Shown here: one piece after another, positions 1 through 11,600 of the stretch
Layout: the number at the start of each line of letters is the position of its first letter
Position numbering within the stretch: position 1 is the first letter of the stretch
The notes under the pieces: generated by a model
Databases searched by the model: none
Told to the model about the DNA's origin: nothing
The model's input: the letters and a program-made list of their open reading frames with translations, nothing else
Assembly (NCBI GenBank): GCA_024137785.1
Contig: JAHRHZ010000019.1
Location: 853,725 to 917,724 of the forward strand
DNA: 64,000 bases
Direction: 5' to 3'
Source of the DNA: Ginglymostoma cirratum
Lineage: Eukaryota
Position numbers and translations under genes: made by a program

Positions 1-142
1 CTCCCCCATTTCTGATGAAGGGTCTAGGCCCGAAACGTCAAGCTTTCCTGCTCCTATGATGCTGCTTGGCCTGCTGTGTTCATCCAGCTCCACACCTTGT
101 TATTTCGAATTCTCCAGCATCTGCAGTACCTATTATCTCTGA
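1..142 (+). mobile_element. Penelope-like terminal repeat with hammerhead core (12-39)
   Basis: CTGATGAAGGGTCTAGGCCCGAAACGTC, the same sequence as the 3' end of the 12000-13311 element. Confidence 0.75.
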
Positions 143-2325
143 AAAAAGTTCCCTTTCTTCTGATAAAAAAGGAAGGAAACTTCAATCAGGACCAGGTGCA
201 CAAGTTCTCCATCTCAGTCAGTAAAATACATGGGAAAAGTTGGTAAGACCTCTTCATGAGGATTTGTAAAGATAAAGTTTCCAAAATCAGGATTTCAAAT
301 TATTTCCCATCAGAATCTGAATGATAGTCAGAAGATCTCTCATTGTTGTATAACTTTCAGGAATCAGCCTCATTGACAAGAAATTGAAGGAACTCTGAGA
401 GGTCAGCACATTCTGCCTTCTGATGTGATTTCCTTGTCCCACTGGGATGGTATTTCTTTCAGGCCTTTCCTTTAACAAACAGCCTAGACTCTTTCTGCAG
501 AGCTATGTCACCTTGTCTGTGAATGAATGTATGTTTGAGATTAATGGATATGATTTGATCCCAAATAGAAATTTAGTTCCTGATCACATTTTCTGCCTTT
601 TCAATAATCTGTCTCAGTGATAATAAATTATTTTTGAGGTCATCAAACAAGCTATCAAATATTTTTTCTTTACTTTGGATCGGAGGCCAGAAGAGAGACA
701 AATTGGCTGTATTGTTCATTCAGTGACACTTTTAGAATGGCTTGTGGTTCATTGGGGTTTGATTACTCATGGACTCCCCCCATTTGAGTCCAGACGCTGT
801 GATGTGAGTATGTAGTTTCTGTATGATTTTAATATCATTTAGTTTGGAAATTGAATTCTGAACTCATGGCGCGTAAGTTTTGGTCTCTGTCTCTGATGGG
901 ATTTAAAGATATACAAGTCAATATTTCTGAAGTTGTGGTATAATTTTAAAATATCAATCTGACAGAAACAGTTGTTGAAGTGCACATGGGAATTTGTCTG
1001 CATTTGGACAGATTTTATGAGCAAACAAAATAAACATTGAAATCATTAGGGTACTTTCAAGTGTGAAATTGGATTGTTTTCTGTTTGAGAGAAAGACATA
1101 TTGTTTGGAAAGCATTATTGTTTCAATTCACAGAGTCCTGGCAGATGTTAGATGTATAAAACCATTCCTTTAAATGACAGATGATAGTTTAGGACTGTTA
1201 AGAAGTCGGGGATCTCAGAATAAACAGTTTAATTTGAAAATTGCCACCATGAAAGTACCATCTTAATCCCAACTGTCTGTCATCTTTTAGTTAGCCAACC
1301 CTCTATCCATACAACCTCCCACACCAAGTACTCTAAGCTACTTAATAAGATGCATGTGTGGTACATTATCAAAAGTGTTTTATGATAATTATTATAGTGG
1401 CGATGACTGTGAGTGAGCTTTCTTCCTAATCTGCTGCAGATGATGTGCTGCAGTTTGACCCAAAACTCCCATAGGGAGGGAATTCCAGGAAGTTGACTCA
1501 GTGGCACTGAATGAATTGTTATATATTCCCAAGTTCGGATGGTGGCTGGCTTGGAGGGGAACTTGCAGAGGGTGGTTGTTGGGTTCCAAAGAAATAAGGA
1601 ACAAGGCTGCAGTCTTTTCAAATATCTGGCTTTATTTCTTCTTATATGTAGCTACGTAGTTGCAAGTGGAGACCTCTGCAACAGCAGCTTTAATCAAGTT
1701 TCTTCTACATGCTTTACTTGATCCTCTCCGAAACCACAAATAATGGTCAGTAACTTCTGTCAATCTATTCCGCAATGTCTTCCCATGACTTGATCTGGTA
1801 GGTTAATGCTACCAGTCCCCACACCCTAACCACATGAACTAGCCAACAGTCTGTTTGGCGCATGCTTTCATATCTGCTGCAAACCGATCTCCGCAGTCTC
1901 AACCTCACCTGCAAGTCAGCTTTTTGCAATAGCATTTGCAAATTTAACCCTTGTTATGCTGTAGCTTCATCACACAGTTTTGAATATACCCCACTGTTGT
2001 GTTCCCATGTATCTACTGCCCTTGTCCTTCCAGATGGAAGTTTTGATCATGCTGCAGAAGAAATTGGAAAGTCTGAAATTTTGATGAGATTCTGAAGAGA
2101 ATTGAGAAATATTATCTTACAGATTGTTTATTTAAATATTTATCTTCATATTGATGGATTTTGTTTGATCTGAATCAGTCACAGGTGCAAATCAATGGTT
2201 TAGTGTAACACCCTGTTTTCTCTGTTGAATTCAAAACTCCTACCACCCTGTCAGATCCTTTCAATACGGCAGCACAGAGCATCTGTTCTTGTGGAAATAA
2301 ATTTATTGTTTTTTTTTCCATAAAG

Positions 2326-2670
2326 GTATCACTGGTCCAGTCCTTATCCAGTCTCCGAGCCTGGAACATGTCACCAAGGGTCACGCTGCCCGGTTACAGT
2401 GCACCATGCAAATTGCCGCAGTGACACACACCGACGTTCATTGGTACCGGGAGCAACCAGGGAATATTATGAAACATGTTATAACACTTGAAATGAAGAA
2501 CAACATCCGAAGGAGCCCAGGATTCACTGATCGATTCCAGCCTTCCAGAGACCCCTCCAGTAACAGCTTCATTCTGACCATCACAAACGTGCAGCCCAAT
2601 GACACTGGGGTCTACTATTGCTCAGTCTGGGGATGGATTTATGGGAGAGGAAGCCTGCTCAATGTCACCA
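2326..2670 (+). CDS. Gene A exon V1, germline-joined VJ Ig domain
   Basis: taaag|GT acceptor, A|gtaagt donor, phase 1/1. GITGPVLIQSP..RLQC..VHWYREQPG..RF..LTITNVQPNDTGVYYCSVWGWIYGRGSLLNVT contains the B-strand Cys, C-strand Trp, DxGxYYC and GxG J motif. Confidence 0.95.
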
Positions 2671-5600
2671 GTAAGTAGAGTTTACATGACAATCACTTAG
2701 AGCAAATACCCCTTTCCCAATGAATGAATTGGAGATCTGTTTGCGGGTGTCACTGGCTGGGCCAGCATTTATTGCCCATCCTTAACTGCCCTTGAGAAGG
2801 TGGTGCTGAGCTGCCTTTTTGAACCACTGCAGACACCCATTGGTTGCCATTCCTGATTTTAGGTCGGGCTCCTACACAATCAATTCAGACCCTGCTAAAC
2901 GGCTCTTCAAAAGCTATGATCTGAATTAAAGGTAAAGCTTGAACTGGACATTGGGGATTCTCCAAATCCTGACATGGACCAGCTAGTCTGGTAAAATTTA
3001 ACATCTTGATATAATCCTGACCAATTAAAATGTCTTAATAAGTTTAGACTGTGTGTTCCTCATCCATAAATAATCAGCCATTGGAATTTCATGAGCTAAT
3101 TTGTAAAATTTCATTCTGATCCTCAGATGGAGTGACCAACTGATGGACCACTGTCCATTCCTCATGGCCTGGTACTTCGGGCAGACTCTATTCCCTCATT
3201 AACACTTTGTCTTTCAAGCAATAACACTCAGGGATTGTTCCTGATTCCATTTCTGAGGAGGCTTTCTGGTAAAACTCTCTCGATTCAGCATCCATTCATT
3301 GCATTTCTGTTTAAGAAGATTTTCTGAACATATCAGCCACATTGTCTTTACATTCATTCTTCTCTGCTACATTTTTGAAAATTGATTCTGTTCGCAGACA
3401 TTCCAATCCAAATCAATGTCTCATAGATTCCTTGTTCTCCGACTCTAACTACGTGAACCTGTGATCTAGTCACAACATAGTCAGAAATCATTTATGGATA
3501 TTCCTCCCATTTTTTAATCTCTGTTAATATCTCCAATGAATATTTTGCCCTCCATTAACCCTGCAGGAAATCAAACAGGACCATCTGGCAGCATCAGCGA
3601 TTGACTTTTTTGATTGTCTCTTTAAATCTTTATTGGCTTACATGCTTGATTCGAAGCTGAAGGAAATGGCTTTCCTTTTGAGACTGAATTCTCAGAACCT
3701 CAAGTGTTCTGAATTGATTAAAACAGTTTTTTCACTGATTGCCCAGCTCTTTATTTCTACAAATTGACTCTAAGGCTGGATGTGCTGGTGTTGGGGGGGC
3801 AGGGGATTTCAAAGTAGGTTAACATTAAGGATCTCGGGGATGAAGTGCTGTCATTTGAGGAGTAGTTGATGCCTCTGGCTCTGTACTTGATGGAGTTTAG
3901 AAGGATGAAGTGGAATCTGATTGAAACAGACCGAATACTGAGTGACTTTGATTTAGTGGGCATGGAAAGGAAGTTTCTGCTAATAGGAGAGACTAGGACC
4001 TCAGGTCTCAGCCTCGGAGTGAAGGCATGACTGTTTGGAACTGAGATGAGGAGAAATTAGATCAGTTTCAGGGAGGTGAATCTGTGGAAGACGTTGCTGC
4101 AGAGAGCTGTGGAGTCCAAGTCAGTGAGTGTATTTAAGAGAGATGGATGAGTTCCTTATTAATAACGATTTCAGGCAAAAGGCAGACAAATGGGATTGAG
4201 AAACTGGTGTAAATTTATTCATAAAAACCAAAAGGACTGCAGATGCTGGGTATCAGAAACAAAAACAGAAATTGCTGGAAAAGCTCAGCAGATCTGGCAG
4301 TATCTGTGGAGGGAAATTAGATTTAATGCTTCAGGTCCAGTCACCTTCCTCGGAATTGATTCATTCAATATCTTTCTCTTAAAGGTGTAAATGCCCCAGT
4401 CCTTCTCCAGTCTCTGAGCCTGGAACGTGTCACCGAGGGTCACACTGCCCGGTTACAGTGCACCATGAGGAACGCCGCAGTGACACACACTGATGTTCGT
4501 TGGCACCGGGAGCAACCAAGGAAAAACACAGAGTGGATTTTAACACATCACGTGGGGGACATCACACAATGGAGCCCACGATTCATGGAGCGATTCCAGT
4601 CTTCAAAAGACTCCTCCAATAACAGCTTCATTCTGGCCATCACAAACGTGCTGCCTGTTGACAGTGCGGTCTATTACTGTAAAGTGTGGGGAGATATCAG
4701 TGGGAATGGAACCCAGCTGACTGTAACGGGTAAGACATGTTTATCTTTAATAATCTGTCAAAACAACCCCTTCCACATGGATTTATTGGAGAGGAGAATG
4801 CGTTAAATTTCTCTGGTAAAGAGAAAGCAGAGAGCTTGATGTAAACATAAATTTCTCTGGTAAAGAGAAAGCAGAGAGCTTGATGTAAACATAAAACAGT
4901 TACCTTCTTTTGTTTTAGTCACAGATAGAATAAACTGTTTCTCCTCTTGGATAGTTCCTCAATCTCAATTTTTTTCTCTTCTCTCAGTCTTTTTACTTCT
5001 CCATCTCGTTTGTTCTCAGTGTTGTACTTAACATTGTCCAGTATCTATCTGGTTTTGTTCCATTCATTCTTGGGACATGGCAATCATTGACTGGGCCAAC
5101 ACTTGTTGTTCATTTCAAATGGCCCTTGAAACGAAATGTCTTCACCCGGAGAGTGGGGAGCCTGTGGAATTCTGTGCCATAAGAAACAGTTGAGGCTAAA
5201 ACATTGTATGTTTTCAAGAAAGAGTTAGATATAGTTCTGAGGGCGAAAAGGGATTAAAGGGTTTGGTGAGAAATGGGGGACTGGGAACAGAGTTGGATGG
5301 TCAGTGGCACGGTGACTCAGTGGTTAGAATGGCTACCTCATAGCGCTAGAGACCCGGGTTCAAATCCACCTGTGGGTGACTGTCTGTGTGGCGTTTGCAC
5401 ATTCTCCTTGTATCTGCATGGATTTCCTTCCACAGTCCAAAGGTATGCAGGTAAGGTGGATTGGCCATGCTAAATTGTACATAGTTTCCATGGATGTGTA
5501 GGCTTGGTGGATTAGCCATGGGAATTGCAGGGAGAGGGTAGTGTGAGTCTTGGTGGGATGCTCTTCAGAGAGCCAGCGTGGACTTGTTGGGCTGAATGAC

Positions 5601-8600
5601 CTGTTTCCAGTGTAGGGATTCTATGAATATGTTGAATGGTGGTGCAGGCTGGATGGCCTGCTCCTGTTGCTACTTTCTATGTTTTGAGAAGGTGATGGTG
5701 ATGTGCCTTCATGAGCCGCTATGGTCCTCTTGGTGTTGAGACATTTGATCCAGTAACGCTGAAGGAACGATGATGATATATTTCCATGTTCGGATGGTGA
5801 GTGCCTTGTAGGGGAACCTGAAGGAGGTGGTGTCGCGTGTATCTACTCTCTTTGTCATTTCAGAATTGAGAGTCTGTGGGTTCAGAAGGTACTTTTGGAG
5901 GAGCCTTGGTGAGCTACTGAAGGGCATCTTGTCGATGGTACACATTGTGATTCGGTTTTGAATGTTGAATGTGTTAGTTGTGGTACCAACCAAGGGGGCT
6001 GCTTTGTCCTGGATGGCATGTTGCTTTTTGAATGCGTTGGAGCTGTACCCATCCAGGCAAGGGTAGAAGGAGGCAATTCAACCCATCTTGTCTGCATTGA
6101 CTCTTCACATGATGATCATTCCCAACTGCCAATGTCCTGCTTTCTCCCCACAGCCTTGCACACTGTTAGGATACAGAATAGGATGTAGCAAAAGTGAGTG
6201 AGAGAGGGCGTAGTCAGGGGGCATCAAAAGCTGTTTGAAACTTTCAACTTTTTCCTTTTGGTTTTCGATGAGAATGAAACTTTTCAAACGGCTGTTCAAT
6301 CTCTTCCAATTACTCAGTTGTGAACATTGTGAAATTACCTTTTCGATAGTTTATTCTGTTACAGGATCCTGCACAGAATGAGCAAAGCAACAAATTGGAA
6401 AGCATTCAGCTGATGGATATTTTTCAAATCATTTCCTGTCAAATCACAAACTGCAATAACCACACAGGAAGCTCCAATTGATCTTCTACAAATCATCATT
6501 TAATCAGGAGGATGTTTTATAAAATGTTACAATTCAAGTTACACTATTTTTACTCTTCGAAATGAACAGATCCATTGGCTGATCCAGTCCTCATTCAGTA
6601 TCCAGTGGTCAGCAAGGTACCAGAGGGTGAAACTGTCGAGTTCCAGTGTGCCATGTATAACGCCAGTGTGAATGACACAGATGTACACTGGCACTACCAG
6701 AGACCTGGCAGCAACACAGAGTGGGTGATAAGCCAGTTTGTGAATGGCACCCTCACCAAGGCCCAGGGTTTCCATGATCGTGTTCATGTTTCCAGGAATG
6801 TCAGCAGGAACAGTTACCTTCTGAGTCTTGTGAATGTGACTGTCAATGATAGTGCTGTGTACCGCTGCAGTGTGTGGAGCTACATCTATGGAGGAGGGAG
6901 CCAGCTCAATGTAACTGGTAAGGCAATGGGAGGGAATGCAGGTATGAACAGGGAAGAGAGAACATGGCTGCTGTGCTTCATCAGTAGAAGGGCAGAATGG
7001 TCATCAAGGCCAGGTATTCCCAAGGCAGGATGGGGAGAGGCTTGCAGGGGAGGTTGTAGCCAGTGGGGTTCCCTTGTAGCTTCAGTACTTGGCCTTCAGA
7101 ATGGAGGAGGATGTGCGTTTGTGAGGTGCTGTCTGAGGAACTTTGCTGAATTTCAGCAGTGTATATTGTAGTTAATACACAGTAGGATGTCAGTGGTGTA
7201 GGGATTGGATGCTTGTGGCTATGGTGACAGTCATTAGGGCTACATTTTCCTGGATTGTATCAATCTTCTTTAGTGTTGCTGGAGCAGCACTAACCAGGCA
7301 AGTGGGGAGTATTCCATCCCACTCCTGACTTGTGCCTTCTGGATAGTAAATAGGCTTTGGGGAGTGAGGAGGGGATTTATGACCCTGAAGATCTCAAACA
7401 TAATGTTAACATTAGTGACTGAAGTGACTGAGTGTGTAACATTCTGATATTTTACAGAAAAATCTTCCCATGGTTTTCCCTGGATTTCAGGTCCTAGTTT
7501 AATCATTGGCACCATTCTCGGCTTCATTGTCTTGATCTGCATTGTCCTGCTCACAGTTTTCCTTCATAAACAAAAGCTGTGTTTATCAGTAAAGGACTCC
7601 ACTCAACGGTAAATCTCATTTCATCTTGGGCTTGATTCTGTCACTGCACAGTTTGTGTTTTCAATATTGGGACAATTGTTTTTAGTGAGTACTGATACTC
7701 CCACTGCAGCTTGCAGATCCATTGTAAATGGTGGATCGGTGACTGTTGAGACCATCCCAAACGTCCAGATGCCCAATCACTTCCAATTTGCTCCATCTCT
7801 GGTATCACACGCCCTCCAGTCCAGGCCACAGGCACCTACTCGTGACAGTCAGAAATCTTTGAATGGGTCAAGCATTAGACATCACCTGCAGGATCCCCAG
7901 TAGATACCGGATCATTATCCACCAAGCCCAGTGTTAGGGTCTGCCTTAGTGCTGGTGGCTCACTGGCAGCGCAGCACCTCCTGCTGGGAAGACCATGCGA
8001 GTACCAGACCACTCGAACCAGTATGCTCGCTGGCCTTTTGCTTCCACATCAACAGAAAACACAATTTCTCTGATAGTAGGAACTGCCGATGCTCCATTTC
8101 TGAAGAAGTGTCCAGACCCGAAACTTCAGCTTTCCTGCTCCTCTGATGCTGCTTGGCCTGCTGTATTCATCCAGCTCTACACCTTGTTATCTCACATTTC
8201 CCTGCCCTGTTCCCCCATTCTTTCAACACTCACATCTCTCTTCAATTGAATCCTGAATATTGACATTGATTCTACACCCGCCATTAATCTGTCATGGCTC
8301 ACAGAGCCTCTCCGTCCTCTGGGTGAAGGGATTTCCGGAGATTATGGACTCGATCTTTTTTGTTGTGTTTTGTATCCATGATCCCTCATTCTTCACCCCC
8401 TCAATAGCTGTTTCATCTTGTTCATTGGCCCTTGAAAGGGTTTTGAGTCCATTGATCATAGCCCTGCAGTCTGGCTACTTACAAAGATACAAAGACATTC
8501 TGAAGTTTTTCTTTGTTTCTGTGTTTGCTTGTCCCGAGAAGCGTCCCACTGAGCCGGTGACTATGAGACCAGGAGAAACAGGGACAGGAGTTGGCCATTC

Positions 8601-11600
8601 GGCCCCTCAAGCCTGCTTTGCAATTCAATATGATCATGACTGATTCAACATTCCTCACATGCACTTTCCTGCCTTCTTCTGTAACCCGCGATTTCCCAAT
8701 TGACCAAGAATCTATTGACCTTTGCCTTTAAAACTGAAGGGCTCTGCCCTATAGCTCTCTGTGGCAAGGAGGTCCAAGCGCTCACAATCCTTTGAGAGAA
8801 GAAATTCCTCCTCATCTCAGTCTTAAATTCATATTCCTTTTTTTCTGAGACTATGCCCTCTAACCCCCGACTCTCCCATGATCCTCTCCAAGTTTACCCC
8901 GTCAAGCCCCTTAAGAATCCTGTTTGTTTCAATGAGATCACAACTCATTCTTCTAAACTCTCATGAGTAGAGTCACAACTTGTTTAGCCTTTGTTCAAAA
9001 AACAATCCCTCTATACTGGGTGTCGTCCCAGTGAACCTTCTTTGAACTGCCTCTGTTAAATAATATCTTTTCATAAAGAGGGACCAAAACTGCTGTCAGC
9101 ACTGCAGATGTGCAGTTCACTCTTTCACTCTTCACAGCTACATAACCTTGAAGAGGAGAGCCCTCTCAGTGCCTGGAGAGCTGATGGAATATTCATTCTG
9201 AGTAAAGGAGTCATAGGCCCACAGTATCTTAACTAACATTCAAAAGATAAAGAATACTGCTTCCTCCTGATGCTGTAATCGTTACCTTTGACTTTGTGAA
9301 GGCTGTTTGAATCTAGCAGTGAGCGTAAATCCAGCAGGAAGTAAAAGTATTTTCTGAGCATAGGGAGCCCAGCGGAACCCTGTATCGAGCTGAGTCTAGC
9401 TGCTGTTATCCATGACCCTCCAGCACAGGCTGCAGTATCCTATTACTGAGAGAGACACTCAAGCAGAATTGAAATGTTTCCGATTCACCATGAGCTCTGT
9501 GCTCTTGTGGCACCGATATCAGTCTCTGCTGTGTCTCCAAATGTGACAGTTACTTTCATATACATCAAGGGATGTGGGCATCAGTGGCTGGGCCCAGCAG
9601 TTATTATCCATCCCAAGTTGCCCTGGAGATGCTGCTGGTGAGCTACCTTCTTGAACCTCTGCAGTCCAGTGCACATGCTGTGTTTATTGAGTTGGGATGG
9701 AAAGAGTGAAGTTCTCGAATCATCAGCTCCTAATATGAGCTGCAGAACGGGGTCTCGATTGGGAAGAAGAGACTTGTGATTTCGCCTTGTCCCAAATACA
9801 AACCCCTTTCTTCCAGTGCTCCCTGCTGGGACATCCTTTCTGAACCTATGGGATAAGACAGATAAAAATGATTCAACCTGTAAATACTTCTCTAAATAAT
9901 TGGTTTGTTGATGTTAAAACATGAGAGATTTACAGATTAATACAGTTTGAAACTTATGTAAATCAGAAGCTGAAGTCAGCTCACTTTCTGAAAGACAGAG
10001 GGTTAATCCTTCATCACTCTTCATCAAGGCACAGTGGCTCAGTTGTTAGCACTGCTGGCTCACAACGCCAGGGACCTGGGTTTGATTCCATCCTTTGGCG
10101 ACTGTCTGTGTGGACCTTGCATGTTCTCCCTGTGTCTGCATAGGTTTCCTCCCACGGTCAAAAGATGTGCAGGCTAGGTGGATTGCCTGTAGTGTCTGGG
10201 GTTGGGATACTGTGAGGGTTGGTGTGGGCTCGCCAAAAGGTCCCTTTCCATTCTGTCAGGATTCTATGACTCTCACTATTCAGCTTGTTCTGTTGTGGAC
10301 AAGTTGCTGGGAAATGATTGGGTTCATTGTTATTTTTAAGTCGACCTGTTCTGACGCACCCTCTGGGGCAGCTGGGACTTGAATCCAGACAGTCATTGTT
10401 TTCGTCTTTAAGCTGGGCTTAAAAGATCGTGGTGAAAGTTGTAAAATCCATGAACACTGAGAGTGTGAAAAACTACAGTATTGTTGTTATATGGTAAATG
10501 TGCAATATGTCTAATGTGTGGCATTTATTTAGGAGCCCTGTTGAAGATCAGGATGCTGTGTATGCAACAGTAAATGGTAAGCAAATTAATTCAATCATTA
10601 TTACAATATTTGGCAGAAGTTACTCTCTGTTCCAAATATCCATTTAAGCCTGTTAGATTCATGTTGTAATTAATAAGCTAGTGGTTAGAGCATGTCATTT
10701 GTCTGATTAACACAATTTATATTCACATATATTCATAGGAGATATATTCACAGGAGACTGCAATGGAACTTACGTATACAACACAACAGAGAGAAAGCAA
10801 AACATGTTATGTATATATATTTATTACAGTGAGAAGAACCTTAACACTCTCATTAAAACAATGTTTTATCCACATTCCCATCACTCTCCATCACAGAGAC
10901 AAAAGTCTACAGAAATTATACTCCACTCTAAATCTTTCATTTTTCCAATGAACTGACTCCTGCTCATTTCTTTGTTTTGAACTGTCAAAACAATTCCATG
11001 ACTTTTCTTTGAATCCAGTTGCATGAAGCTATCCCTGTTCTAATGGCTAAGCTTTTTTCAATTTGAGCAACCTGAAGATTCCTGTCTCAAATTTGCCCTG
11101 CTTGGAAAATTTCGCAAACATTGCTGCTGTGGTGGCTGGATTCCACTCCACTGAAAATTCCAGGTGGGAAAGAAACTCAAACTTCATTCTGAATTCAACT
11201 CTTGATTATTTTCAACTTAACCATATTAGATCTTTGAAATTGCGGTGCTCTCTCTGTGATCAGTTTGCCTGGTTGACGCGATGGACGTTACAATAGAGAG
11301 GAGTGCCCAGAATTCACATTCCGCTAAACCAGACCAAAGTGACTCTGGCATTTTCCCCTCACTATCCTTCCCAGTTTAAAGAGCTCAATTGTGACATGGC
11401 TCCATTCTAAAGAGGTATAATTGTATTTTCTTTCAGATCGAACACAGAGCAGTGAGCAAGCAGCAGTTCCTCCTGTTGTGGTAAGGAAATGGGACACGGC
11501 TGTTGGTTTTTGCTCCATTTCTAACACAAGGGCTTTGAGAAACAGGAGCCACATCCAGGAGGAACTTCAGTATCACCAGAATAAGTACAAAGCATAAATT

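Noticed and set aside
200-600. Possible L1 ORF1-like remnant (also ~2830-3760, minus strand)
   Set aside because: Only a faint resemblance; too decayed to support.
736-809. Candidate leader exon for gene A (good gtgagt donor at 804)
   Set aside because: No ATG-initiated hydrophobic frame ending in phase 1; the ATG at 737 hits a stop.
2326-6917. Rearranging Ig/TCR V gene segments or a germline-joined IgL cluster
   Set aside because: No heptamer/nonamer after the YYC, the J strand is already fused, no C1 exon follows, and the exons lead to a TM with a tyrosine-motif tail.
6918-7171. ORF extension after V3 (secreted form?)
   Set aside because: Read-through past a strong donor into intron and LINE-derived sequence; no supporting signal.
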